58,096 bases of DNA from an uncultured Candidatus Saccharibacteria bacterium (GTDB taxonomy: Bacteria > Patescibacteriota > Doudnabacteria > UBA920), in NCBI GenBank assembly GCA_964477805.1, contig CAYZEK010000001.1:53510-111605 (forward strand), in the 5' to 3' direction. Below are positions 36,607-45,890 of this stretch, one piece after another. A model generated the notes under the pieces. It searched no databases, had not been told where the DNA came from, and saw only the letters and a list, made by a program, of their open reading frames with translations. The position numbers were made by a program, and so were the translations under genes. Every line of letters starts with the position of its first letter. Position 1 is the first letter of the stretch.

Positions 36607-39396
36607 ATGCCAAAAAAACGATCTGAAAATCGATATATGTTAATTGATGGTAATGCTATGGTTCATCGTGGTTATCATGCTGTCCCTCCTTTGACTAATA
36701 AGGCAGGCGAACATACTAATGCTGTGTATGGCTTTACAATGATTTTATTGCGTGCTATTAAAGAACTTAAACCAACGCACATTGCTTGTAGTTTTGATTT
36801 GGCAGGGCCGACTTTCCGAGATGAAATGTATTCTGACTATAAAGCAACACGAGTTAAGGGAGATGATGAATTATACTCACAATTCCCTCGTGTTAAAGAA
36901 GTGGTGCGTTCATTAAATATCCCAATTTTTGAAATTGCCGGATATGAGGCTGATGATGTGCTCGGTACCTTGGCAACGCATATTTGCGGAGAACAAGATG
37001 GCGACTGTGAAGTTATGATTGTGACTGGTGATTTGGATAGCCTGCAGTTGGTTAATGATTGTGTAAAAATTTACACTTTACGCAAAGGAATTAACGATAC
37101 GGCAGTATATGACATTTCAGCAGTAAAAGAACGGTTTGGTTTAACACCACTGCAGATGATTGATTACAAATCTTTGCGAGGTGACCCATCTGATAATATC
37201 AAAGGGGTTAAGGGCATAGGAGAAAAAACCGCATCAAAGTTAATTCAAGATTTTGAGAGCTTGGATAATTTATACAAACAAATTTCGGTCGGTAAGATTG
37301 GAGACAAGATCAAGCCTCGTATATTAAAAATGCTCGTAGAAGGTGAGGAGAGTGCTAGGCAAAGTTATGTTTTGTCTAAAATTGTCTGTGATGTTCCACT
37401 AGACATCAATATCCCTCCTTATGAATTTACTAGTAAACAACTCACCAAAACTTTAAAAATATTCCAAGAACTGGAATTTAAGTCTTTAATAGATAAACTG
37501 CCAAAAAATTACACAAATGCAACAAAGAAAAATGTTGAGATTGATACCATTGACGATGCAGATGGGCGCCATGTTTCATTTAATCATGCGGGAATTGGCG
37601 AACAAAATTATGTCTTGATAGATACCTCTGCAAAGGTTAAAAAGTTAGTTGATGAAATGAGAGGTCAAAAAGAAACTGCAATAGACACAGAAACAGATCA
37701 ACTGAATCCAATCAATGCACAGGTGATTGGTGTATCAATATGTTTTCAAGGTGGTCAGGCGTACTATGTGACTCGCCAAATGCTAGATGATAAATCAGCT
37801 TCCAGCACAGAGCTACGCGAGTTAATCACTAGTTCAAAGCTTGCGAAAATTGGACACAACATTAAATATGATTTATTAACATTGGAAAATGCTGAAATCA
37901 AATTAACTCCACTGGCTTTTGACACGATGATAGCGGCATATTTGCTCAATTCTGGTACGCGCCAGTATAGTTTGTCTACTTTAGCATTTAATGAGCTGGG
38001 GTATCAGATGCAGTTAATTGAAGACTTAATTGGCAAAGGTAAAAATCAGTTATCTATGAAAGAGGTCGAAGTTAATAAGGTATCGTGGTATGCCTCTGAA
38101 GATGCAGACATTACTTTTCGACTAAAGAAAGTTTTTGAACCTTTGTTAAAAAAAGATGGTCTTGAAAATATTTTCAATGATATTGAAATGCCACTAATTC
38201 CAGTTTTGGCGCAAATGGAACGGAATGGGATCAAGCTTGACGCACAATTGCTAGAGAAGTTATCTGGTCGCGCAGAAAAAGAAATTATGCAGTTGGAAAA
38301 AGATATTTATAAGATTGCTGGCCTGGAGTTTAATATCGCCTCCCCAAAACAATTATCGGAAGTGTTGTATGAAAAACTTAATTTGACATCTGGTAAGCGC
38401 AATAAAACTGGACTTTCTACTGCTGCTGGCGTTTTGGAACAATTAATTGGAGAACATCCAATTATAGAAAAAATCTTGAATTACAGGGAGCTTGCTAAAT
38501 TACAATCCACATATTTACAGGCCCTGCCAACAATGGTGAATCCACGAACTGGTCGAATCCATACTAGCTATAATCAAACGATTGCTGCGACAGGAAGATT
38601 GTCTAGTACCGACCCGAACTTGCAAAATATTCCAGTACGGGGACATGGGATTGGTGCAGAAGTCCGAAAAGCATTTATTGCAGAAAATGGCTATAAACTG
38701 TTGTCGGTAGACTATTCACAAATGGAACTTCGAATCATTGCGCATTTATCGCATGATGCAAATATGCTGAAGGTTTTCCAAAATAACGAAGATATTCATA
38801 CCAATACTGCTAGTGCGGTGTTCGGTGTTTTGCCTGGCGAAGTAACAGATGATATGCGTCGGGATGCCAAGACAATCAACTTTGGGATATTATACGGTTT
38901 ATCGTCCTTTGGGCTTGCTAGTAGAATCGGCGTAGTGTCTAGGAGTGAGGCGAAAGATTTTATTGATAAATATTTTGCTGAATACCCAGAAGTGCAAATG
39001 TATATAGAAGAGATTAAAGCCCAAGTGCATGAAAATGGTTACATTCGGAATGAGCTTGGGCGCATCCGAAAATTCCCAGAAATTAGATCTAGTCAATTTT
39101 TTATCCGAGCGGCGGCAGAGCGAGCCGCAATTAATTTTCCAATACAAGGCTTGCAGGCAGACGTGTTAAAAATCGCTATGATTAATATCTTCACAGAGTT
39201 AGCGGGTAAAGGAGATGAGATTAGAATGTTGTTGCAAGTTCATGATGAATTGGTATTTGAGGTTCGTGAAGATAAAATAGAGGAGTGGGTAAAAAAAATT
39301 AAACCACTCATGACAGATGCAGTGAAATTATCAGTACCCGTGGTAGCAGAAGCCAAGGTGGGCGACAACTGGGGAGATATGCAAAAATTTGAGTGA
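36607..39396 (+). CDS. polA: DNA polymerase I
   Basis: 929 aa. 5'-nuclease domain (LIDGNAMVHRGYHA), 3'-5' exonuclease-like domain and pol A motifs (DYSQMELR, QVHDELVFE). Confidence 0.96.
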   Translation: MPKKRSENRYMLIDGNAMVHRGYHAVPPLTNKAGEHTNAVYGFTMILLRAIKELKPTHIACSFDLAGPTFRDEMYSDYKATRVKGDDELYSQFPRVKEVVRSLNIPIFEIAGYEADDVLGTLATHICGEQDGDCEVMIVTGDLDSLQLVNDCVKIYTLRKGINDTAVYDISAVKERFGLTPLQMIDYKSLRGDPSDNIKGVKGIGEKTASKLIQDFESLDNLYKQISVGKIGDKIKPRILKMLVEGEESARQSYVLSKIVCDVPLDINIPPYEFTSKQLTKTLKIFQELEFKSLIDKLPKNYTNATKKNVEIDTIDDADGRHVSFNHAGIGEQNYVLIDTSAKVKKLVDEMRGQKETAIDTETDQLNPINAQVIGVSICFQGGQAYYVTRQMLDDKSASSTELRELITSSKLAKIGHNIKYDLLTLENAEIKLTPLAFDTMIAAYLLNSGTRQYSLSTLAFNELGYQMQLIEDLIGKGKNQLSMKEVEVNKVSWYASEDADITFRLKKVFEPLLKKDGLENIFNDIEMPLIPVLAQMERNGIKLDAQLLEKLSGRAEKEIMQLEKDIYKIAGLEFNIASPKQLSEVLYEKLNLTSGKRNKTGLSTAAGVLEQLIGEHPIIEKILNYRELAKLQSTYLQALPTMVNPRTGRIHTSYNQTIAATGRLSSTDPNLQNIPVRGHGIGAEVRKAFIAENGYKLLSVDYSQMELRIIAHLSHDANMLKVFQNNEDIHTNTASAVFGVLPGEVTDDMRRDAKTINFGILYGLSSFGLASRIGVVSRSEAKDFIDKYFAEYPEVQMYIEEIKAQVHENGYIRNELGRIRKFPEIRSSQFFIRAAAERAAINFPIQGLQADVLKIAMINIFTELAGKGDEIRMLLQVHDELVFEVREDKIEEWVKKIKPLMTDAVKLSVPVVAEAKVGDNWGDMQKFE

Positions 39397-39398
39397 TT

Positions 39399-39424
39399 AA
39401 AAAAACCGCCTAAGGCGGTTTTCA
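39399..39424. terminator. bidirectional terminator between polA and rpsT
   Basis: AAAAAACCGCC-taa-GGCGGTTTTC. Confidence 0.8.
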
Positions 39425-39427
39425 TAA

Positions 39428-39697
39428 TTACTTTGTAGAAAGTTTAGAAATAGCTTTTGCTAAACGAGATTTACGACGAGCGGCTGTATTTTTATGAAGA
39501 ACTTTTTTCTTTACAGCTTTGTCTAAAGTAGACATTGATTTTTTTAAGCTTTCAGTAGCTTCTTTGATGTTGCCTTCAGATATTAAAGTTCTGGTATTTT
39601 TTACAGCACTTTTGAATTTGTATTTTGTGCGGGTGTTAATTACATTGCGACGGCGTGACTGACGCATTGCCTTTTTGGCAGATGAAGTATTCGGCAT
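39428..39697 (-). CDS. rpsT: 30S ribosomal protein S20
   Basis: 89 aa, basic. MPNTSSAKKAMRQSRRRN matches the S20 N-terminus. Confidence 0.9.
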   Translation of the reverse strand: MPNTSSAKKAMRQSRRRNVINTRTKYKFKSAVKNTRTLISEGNIKEATESLKKSMSTLDKAVKKKVLHKNTAARRKSRLAKAISKLSTK

Positions 39698-39803
39698 TTT
39701 AAGATTAATTTTAAATTAATAGATAATATTTCATTGACGTTTTGCTTGACAATACCCTTATCTAACTTTGACACGGGAGATAGGGAATATGTTTAGCCCA
39801 GAC

Positions 39804-39832
39804 ATTGTAGCATTTTTAAGCCGTGCTGGCAA
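39804..39832 (-). promoter_or_regulatory. minus-strand promoter TTGCCA-17-TGcTACAAT for rpsT
   Basis: -35 is the complement of 39827-39832 and -10 the complement of 39804-39809. This leaves a leader of about 100 nt. Confidence 0.5.
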
Positions 39833-39879
39833 GGATCCATGCCTCAGAAATTTTTGCTTGGATTATTTTTGCAGAGATT

Positions 39880-41943
39880 CTAGCGTTTTTTTTGAAGTTT
39901 GCGCACCTGCTTGATTTCCGAAATGCGATCACGGAGTTTGGCGGCAAGTTCAAATTCAAGATTTTGCGAAGCAAGATCCATTTGATCAGAAAGCTCTGTA
40001 ATATAATTTTTTAACGCGCTTGGAGTGAGATTGTTGATTTTTACTTCTTCTATGTCTGCCCCAGCCAATGCCTCGTGACTCCCAGCTAGTCGAGTATCCT
40101 GGACTTTTTTTATTACACTCTCTGGGGTAATACCGTGTTTTTTGTTGTAAGCTTCTTGAATTTTACGACGGCGGGTTGTTTCATCTATTGCGCGTTGCAT
40201 GGAACCAGTAATTTTGTTGGCGTACATAATTACATGACCATTGATGTGGCGAGCGGCTCGTCCCATTATTTGCATAAATGCAGTTTCGCTACGCAGAAAA
40301 CCTTCTTTGTCAGCATCAAGGATCGCAACTAAAGAAACTTCTGGTAAATCTAACCCTTCGCGAAGTAAATTGATTCCAACAATTACATCATAAATTCCCA
40401 AGCGCAAATCTCGAAGAATTTCTAATCGATCAAAAGTTTCAACTTCGCTGTGTAAGTAGGCAGATTTAATCCCTGCTTCTTTGATATATTCCGTTAGTTC
40501 TTCAGCCATGCGTTTGGTGAGCGTGGTTACAATTACGCGCTCTCCCTTAGAAACTCGCATAGTAATTTGTTCTAGTAAATGGTCGACTTGATTTTGAATT
40601 GGTTGTATCTCAATTGTCGGATCGACTAAACCAGTCGGACGGTTAATTTGCTCAATAATCACCTCGTGTCTCAGATCGCCTTTGGCGTCATCTACTACGA
40701 AAGCTTTTTTCTTGTTAGAAATCAAATAATTTTCGCTCAAGCTTTTCCTTAACTCATAAGGACCAGGGGTAGCGGAAACAAATACCACTTGATTTATTTT
40801 GTGTTCGAATTCGCTGAACTTCAATGGGCGATTATCAAGGGCGGACGGAAGGCGAAAACCGTAATCAATCAAAGTTGTCTTTCGGGATTTATCACCTTCA
40901 TACATTGCTCCTACCTGGGGAATGGTTTGGTGAGATTCATCAATCATTAACAAGAAGTCATCAGGGAAATAGTCAATCAAGGTAGAAGGGGGACTACCTG
41001 GCTCACGACCATCTATAACGCGAGAATAGTTCTCAATACCAGAGACAAAACCTGTATTATTTAACATTTCTAAATCAAAATTTGTTCGTTGTTCTAACCG
41101 CGCAGATTCAAGAATTTTCCCTTGAGTTTTTAACTCCTTTAAACGAGAGGTAAGCTCGGCTTTAATTTTTCCTATTGCAACTTGTAGTTTGTCTTCGGTG
41201 GTAACAAAGTGACGAGCTGGGAAAATTTTTATTTCATCTAAAGTATCAATAGTCTCTCCAGAAATCATGTGCAAGCGTTCAATTTTCTCAACTTCATCAC
41301 CAAAAAACTTCAAACGGATAATTGTATCCTCAGAAGCCAAAACAATTTCTAAGGTGTCTCCTTGGACACGATATGTTCCACGGCGAAGGTCTATGTCGTT
41401 TCTGTTATATTGCATGTCAATTAAACGACGGAGCAACTTGTCGCGTTTAAAACTTTCGCCCTTTTTGATTTCTAAAGATAGCTCCAAATAGTTATCGGGA
41501 TTCCCAAGTCCATAGATACAAGAGACAGATGCGACTATTAAAACATCTTTGCGGGACATCAAAGAAGTTGTCGCAGCATTACGTAAGCGGTCAATTTCTT
41601 CATTAATCTGGGTATCTTTTTCAATGAAAGTATCGGAGCGAGGGATATATGCTTCTGGTTGGTAGTAATCGTAATAAGAAACAAAATAATGAACAGCGTT
41701 GTTTGGGAAAAATTGCTGGAACTCACTTGCCAGTTGGGCAGCTAAGGTTTTGTTGTGACACATGACCAATGTTGGTTTTTGAATACCCTGAATCACACTT
41801 GCCATTGTGTAAGTTTTACCAGACCCAGTCACCCCTAAAAGTGTTTGGTGCTTGTAACCCCTTTTTAAGGATTTTATCAGCCCATTAATCGCTTGGGGTT
41901 GATCTCCTGCTGGCGGCCAATTTGTAGTGAGTTTAAAATTCAT
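39880..41943 (-). CDS. uvrB: excinuclease ABC subunit B
   Basis: 687 aa. GVTGSGKT, DESH box, helicase motifs and a C-terminal UVR domain. Confidence 0.97.
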   Translation of the reverse strand: MNFKLTTNWPPAGDQPQAINGLIKSLKRGYKHQTLLGVTGSGKTYTMASVIQGIQKPTLVMCHNKTLAAQLASEFQQFFPNNAVHYFVSYYDYYQPEAYIPRSDTFIEKDTQINEEIDRLRNAATTSLMSRKDVLIVASVSCIYGLGNPDNYLELSLEIKKGESFKRDKLLRRLIDMQYNRNDIDLRRGTYRVQGDTLEIVLASEDTIIRLKFFGDEVEKIERLHMISGETIDTLDEIKIFPARHFVTTEDKLQVAIGKIKAELTSRLKELKTQGKILESARLEQRTNFDLEMLNNTGFVSGIENYSRVIDGREPGSPPSTLIDYFPDDFLLMIDESHQTIPQVGAMYEGDKSRKTTLIDYGFRLPSALDNRPLKFSEFEHKINQVVFVSATPGPYELRKSLSENYLISNKKKAFVVDDAKGDLRHEVIIEQINRPTGLVDPTIEIQPIQNQVDHLLEQITMRVSKGERVIVTTLTKRMAEELTEYIKEAGIKSAYLHSEVETFDRLEILRDLRLGIYDVIVGINLLREGLDLPEVSLVAILDADKEGFLRSETAFMQIMGRAARHINGHVIMYANKITGSMQRAIDETTRRRKIQEAYNKKHGITPESVIKKVQDTRLAGSHEALAGADIEEVKINNLTPSALKNYITELSDQMDLASQNLEFELAAKLRDRISEIKQVRKLQKKR

Positions 41944-41952
41944 ACTACTTTT

Positions 41953-41958
41953 ATTATA
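41953..41958 (-). promoter_or_regulatory. -10 box TATAAT 9 nt upstream of the uvrB ATG
   Basis: The complement of 41953-41958 is TATAAT. AAAAGTAGT then precedes the ATG (41943-41941). No SD. Confidence 0.4.
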
Positions 41959-42006
41959 TAGAAGATTAATATGAGATGTCTAAATTTTTTAGGGTGTTAT
42001 TAGTGT

Positions 42007-42036
42007 TTGCCGACAGGAGTTTTTGTATGATATAGT
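42007..42036 (+). promoter_or_regulatory. promoter TTGCCG-18-TGaTATAGT, 6 nt upstream of the ATG at 42043
   Basis: -35 at 42007-42012 and extended -10 at 42028-42036. Confidence 0.5.
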
Positions 42037-42042
42037 GTCTGC

Positions 42043-42993
42043 ATGTCTAATGTGATTGAAATATCAAACTTAAAGAAAGTCTATGACTTACCACGAGCAG
42101 ATCGCAAAAGTGGTGGCGCAAACTTTGAAGCTGTAAAAGGGATATCTTTCAGTGTAAAAAAAGGAGAGATATTTGGAATTCTCGGGCCAAATGGCGCTGG
42201 GAAAACCACAACTCTAGAAATAATTGAAGGGTTAAAAAAACAAACATCTGGAGAGGTTGTAATTTTGGGTTTAGACAACAGAACTTCTGGTGATGAAATA
42301 AAGAAGCGTATTGGCGTGCAATTACAGTCTAGTGAGTACATGAATCTAATGACTTTGTCTGAACTTTTAGAATTATTTGCTTCTCTATATGAAAGTAAGG
42401 CAAATGTTGATGAATTGCTTGGTTTTGTAAATCTAGTCAATAAGAAGAACTCTTTAGTTAAAGATTTGTCTGGTGGGCAAAAACAACGCTTTACTTTAGC
42501 TTCTGGGCTAGTGAATGATCCAGAAGTTTTGTTTTTGGATGAACCAACCACTGGGCTTGACCCTCGAGCTCGTCGTGATGTGTGGGAGTTGGTCCGTAGG
42601 ATCAATGAAAAAGGGGTTACTATCGTTCTTACAACTCATTACATGGAAGAGGCAGAGTATCTTTGTAATCGCGTGGCTATTATGGATTCGGGAGAGGTTT
42701 TAGCCATAAATGACCCAAGTCAGTTAATTAACAGCATTGCTACTACAACTCAAGTTTCGTTTTTAACTGAAGATGTTATTTCTCAAGAACTTTGGGATGG
42801 AATTAATGGGGTTGAAGAAATGCACAGCTTAAGCGCGCCTAAGGTGATACTTGAGATTAACAATCTTGATGCTATTGGTCCCGTAATAAAGCGATTGAGG
42901 GACAGAAATATTAATTTTAGTTCATTTACCGTCAAGACTGCCACCCTAGAAGATGTGTACTTGGATTTAACTGGAAAGGTGTTTGAGGTATAG
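42043..42993 (+). CDS. ABC transporter ATP-binding protein (ABC-2/DrrA-like)
   Basis: 316 aa. Walker A GPNGAGKTT, signature LSGGQKQR and Walker B LFLDEPTTGLD. Confidence 0.92.
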   Translation: MSNVIEISNLKKVYDLPRADRKSGGANFEAVKGISFSVKKGEIFGILGPNGAGKTTTLEIIEGLKKQTSGEVVILGLDNRTSGDEIKKRIGVQLQSSEYMNLMTLSELLELFASLYESKANVDELLGFVNLVNKKNSLVKDLSGGQKQRFTLASGLVNDPEVLFLDEPTTGLDPRARRDVWELVRRINEKGVTIVLTTHYMEEAEYLCNRVAIMDSGEVLAINDPSQLINSIATTTQVSFLTEDVISQELWDGINGVEEMHSLSAPKVILEINNLDAIGPVIKRLRDRNINFSSFTVKTATLEDVYLDLTGKVFEV

Positions 42994-42994
42994 T

Positions 42995-43750
42995 ATGAGC
43001 TCAAGCTTTAATCAATTACTTTTAATGAACTTGCGATTGGTTTATCGAAATCGATCCGGCCTATTTTTTACTTTGATCATGCCGACGTTAATTTATGTTG
43101 CATTGTCAGTGTTGCCAATTGGTGCTAGCTTTGGTAGCGGAAATGGACAAGTGAATTATTCTAAATATGTTTTGCCAGGAATTATCGCAATGACAATTAT
43201 GCAGGGTGGAATTTATGGATTAGCATATTGGATGATCGACTTAAAAGCTCGCGGGGTGATCAAGCGTTTTCTAGTAACTCCACTAAAGCAAAGTGAATTA
43301 ATTATCAGCGTATTAGTTAGCCGTGTGATCGTTGCACTTGGGCAGACAGTTTTTTTGGCTCTCGTAGGAATTATTTTCTTCCATGTTACAGTTTCTGCTA
43401 ATATACTTTTTGTCTTTGTAATTGCTACTTTGGGCGCTTCTATTTTTCTGTTAATTGGTTTATTGATTTCAATGTTTGCCAACACGTATGAAGCAGCCGC
43501 ACCAATTACTACTGCAGTTGGATTACCCCTGACATTTTTGGGAAACATTTTTTTTCCTACCGAAGGCCTCCCAAAGGTGCTACGTTATATTGGTGAAGCT
43601 TTGCCAATAACATATTTAGCTGATGGCATTCGCACCTTGTTTTTAACTACAGGTATCCCAAAGTCTGTTTGGGTTGATCTAGCTGTCTTACTGGGTTGGT
43701 TGATGATAATTTTGGTTGTGGCTTTGCGAAAGTTTCGACTTAAAGAATAG
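42995..43750 (+). CDS. ABC-2 type transporter permease
   Basis: About 251 aa with 6 TM helices. ATG at 42995 has GAGG 7 nt upstream. The ORF track start at 42983 is a TTG that overlaps the ATPase stop. Confidence 0.8.
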   Translation: MSSSFNQLLLMNLRLVYRNRSGLFFTLIMPTLIYVALSVLPIGASFGSGNGQVNYSKYVLPGIIAMTIMQGGIYGLAYWMIDLKARGVIKRFLVTPLKQSELIISVLVSRVIVALGQTVFLALVGIIFFHVTVSANILFVFVIATLGASIFLLIGLLISMFANTYEAAAPITTAVGLPLTFLGNIFFPTEGLPKVLRYIGEALPITYLADGIRTLFLTTGIPKSVWVDLAVLLGWLMIILVVALRKFRLKE

Positions 43751-43810
43751 CTTCTTTTTTAAAAAAGGACAAAAAACACAGATTAGCAGTAAAAGCGAAT
43801 ATAGTACAGG

Positions 43811-43839
43811 TTGACAAAAGTTTGTCTTTATAGTATAGT
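43811..43839 (+). promoter_or_regulatory. promoter TTGACA-17-TATAGT
   Basis: -35 at 43811-43816 and -10 at 43834-43839. Confidence 0.6.
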
Positions 43840-43886
43840 TTTGCTACTTGGCATCCACCAAGATTTATATTTCTTTGGGAGGTAGT

Positions 43887-44060
43887 ATGATTTCTTTGGT
43901 TCTGTCCTTAATCGCCTGGGCGATTGTGTTACCCTTTGCAGTCATATTCGTACTCATAATGGGTATGGAATGGCTGAGACTTCCTCAGAAGAAAACCGTT
44001 CGCCAGCCTCCTGGTTTTACGGTGGAAGAGATCACCGCTAGGGTCAGGTCCCGATGGTGA
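43887..44060 (+). CDS. 57-aa hypothetical membrane protein with a basic C-terminal tail
   Basis: ATG at 43887 with GGGAGG 7 nt upstream. MISLVLSLIAWAIVLPFAVIFVLIMGMEW then a basic tail. It has its own promoter and terminator. Confidence 0.45.
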   Translation: MISLVLSLIAWAIVLPFAVIFVLIMGMEWLRLPQKKTVRQPPGFTVEEITARVRSRW

Positions 44061-44158
44061 AGCTAAATTTCTTTTAGACTTGGTCTTGCAACATTGAATT
44101 TTGGCCAGCAACAAGACTATCATAGTCGGTGCCAAGTTTGGGTTAGCGAGATCAAGAA

Positions 44159-44189
44159 GCGCGTTCAATAATGAACGCGCTTTATTTTT
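44159..44189 (+). terminator. intrinsic terminator
   Basis: GCGCGTTCA-ataa-TGAACGCGC followed by TTTATTTTTG. The tail overlaps the tsaB stop on the other strand. Confidence 0.8.
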
Positions 44190-44574
44190 GTTTTGAAGTG
44201 GTGATGTTTGGTTTTTGCCCGTAGTGAAGCATTAGAGGCTTCCCACTTCTGATTGCATTTAATTTTTCTAGGTCTTTCGGAATCATTCGTTTTGCGATTG
44301 CGATTACTGGTATGTTTAGAGCAAACCCTAATGCTTGTGCCAAAGAAACGCCCACCCTAATCCCCGTGAACGAACCTGGCCCACTGCAAACTACAATTTT
44401 ATTAAGATCCTTCATTGGTACCTTATATTTTATTAGGAATTTTTGAAGGAGTTCATTGGTTTTGAAGTTTTCATTAAAAGCGATCTTTTTAAAAAATTCG
44501 TTTACTTTGTTATTCGTGATAATTGCTAAACGAAGATTGTTAAAATCAGACGTATCAATAAATAAAAGCATCAT
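44182..44574 (-). CDS. tsaB: tRNA t6A37 biosynthesis protein TsaB (short form)
   Basis: 130 aa. IDTS.. and GPGSFTGIRVG motifs. It lacks the usual C-terminal half. Confidence 0.7.
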   Translation of the reverse strand: MMLLFIDTSDFNNLRLAIITNNKVNEFFKKIAFNENFKTNELLQKFLIKYKVPMKDLNKIVVCSGPGSFTGIRVGVSLAQALGFALNIPVIAIAKRMIPKDLEKLNAIRSGKPLMLHYGQKPNITTSKQK

Positions 44575-45884
44575 TTTAAATTTAATAATTTTTTAACTAT
44601 CACTCTGTCGTCCCATGGAATTCGTTGATTGTCAGGGAGTATTAAAAATTGCTCCGATCCTTTCCCCGTGATCAGGACAATGTCTTGCGGTTCAGCTATT
44701 TGTAAAGCTTTTGTAATAGCTGTTTTCCGATCAAGAATGATTTCTACTTGTTGAACTTTTTTCTTTTCAGCCTGATTTACCCCTTCTAGTATATCGTTTG
44801 CAATCACTTGTGGATTTGAACCATAAACATCATCATTGGTAATGAGAATAGTGTCCGCAAATTTTGCGGAGATTTTTCCGAACAGGGATCTTTTGGCAAC
44901 ATCTCGATGACCACCAGTGGATCCAAAAACATGCACAATTTTTTTATGTGGTATTAAAATAACACTGCGCAAGCTGGCTTCCATCGCTGCTGGCTCTGGC
45001 GCATAATCTACGATAACTGTTGGGCTATCTGGCGCTTTGATTATTTCCATGCGCCCTGGCACTGTATCTATGCTAGACAAGGCGAGGGAAGCATCAGATA
45101 GATTAACGTTTAGCATACTTGTACATCCAATTGCTAGCAAGGCATTTGTAAGATTGAATGTTCCAAACATCTTTAAATCAAATTGCACCCCTTTTACAGA
45201 GAAGGAAATATGGTCATTTACCTCAATGTTCTCGGCGTTGAAAGTGATTAGATTGTTAGTTTTGGATACATCAGCGCGCGTGCTAATACCGAATTTTTTT
45301 CCGGCTTTAAAATTTAAAAAGAAATTTTTATTAGGATCATCTAAATTGACGCCTAGTAGGCTGTTCGGGTTTTTGGCAAGAGTAGTAAATAATTTACCTT
45401 TGGCCATGCGGTAGTTTTCAAAGCTCCCGTGACTGTCTAGGTGCGCGGGGGAGAGATTTGTAAATAACCCTCCCTGGAAGTTAATACCAACATGACGATT
45501 TTGCGCCAAGCCTTCTGATGTGCATTCTACAATTGCGTACTCGCAATTCTTTTTAACCATGTTCGCTAATTGTTTTTGCATTAGCCAACCCCCTGGCATG
45601 GACAAACCGTGCATGTTTGTGAAAGCATTGTCACCATTTGAAGATCCCGCAGTGGTGATGTAACCAGTCTTTCTATTAACAAAGTTTAAAATCTGGGCAC
45701 ACATTATAACTGTTGTTGACTTACCAGCGGTGCCAGTCACGCCAATAACAAAAAGTTTTTTACTTGGGTGATTAAAATAGATAGTAGCAATGTAAGCTAC
45801 AAGTCCGTGATAAATTGGCTGTAGAGTACGGAATAATTTTTTTGGAATAACTGACCGACCAATTTTTTTTAAAAAATACATCAT
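44571..45884 (-). CDS. murE: Mur ligase family protein (MurE-like UDP-MurNAc-tripeptide synthetase, short N-terminus)
   Basis: 437 aa. P-loop GVTGTAGKSTT plus central and C-terminal Mur ligase domains. It overlaps tsaB by ATGA. Confidence 0.75.
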   Translation of the reverse strand: MMYFLKKIGRSVIPKKLFRTLQPIYHGLVAYIATIYFNHPSKKLFVIGVTGTAGKSTTVIMCAQILNFVNRKTGYITTAGSSNGDNAFTNMHGLSMPGGWLMQKQLANMVKKNCEYAIVECTSEGLAQNRHVGINFQGGLFTNLSPAHLDSHGSFENYRMAKGKLFTTLAKNPNSLLGVNLDDPNKNFFLNFKAGKKFGISTRADVSKTNNLITFNAENIEVNDHISFSVKGVQFDLKMFGTFNLTNALLAIGCTSMLNVNLSDASLALSSIDTVPGRMEIIKAPDSPTVIVDYAPEPAAMEASLRSVILIPHKKIVHVFGSTGGHRDVAKRSLFGKISAKFADTILITNDDVYGSNPQVIANDILEGVNQAEKKKVQQVEIILDRKTAITKALQIAEPQDIVLITGKGSEQFLILPDNQRIPWDDRVIVKKLLNLK

Positions 45885-45890
45885 ATATGG

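Noticed and set aside
42081-42605. 174-aa antisense ORF inside the ABC ATPase gene, and similar long antisense or alternate-frame ORFs
   Set aside because: Each lies wholly inside a strongly supported conserved gene, has a low-complexity or unrecognisable translation, and lacks start signals. The others are 6854..7234, 45037..45414, 43213..43548, 48253..48630, 54927..55304, 56266..56631 and 1528..1869.
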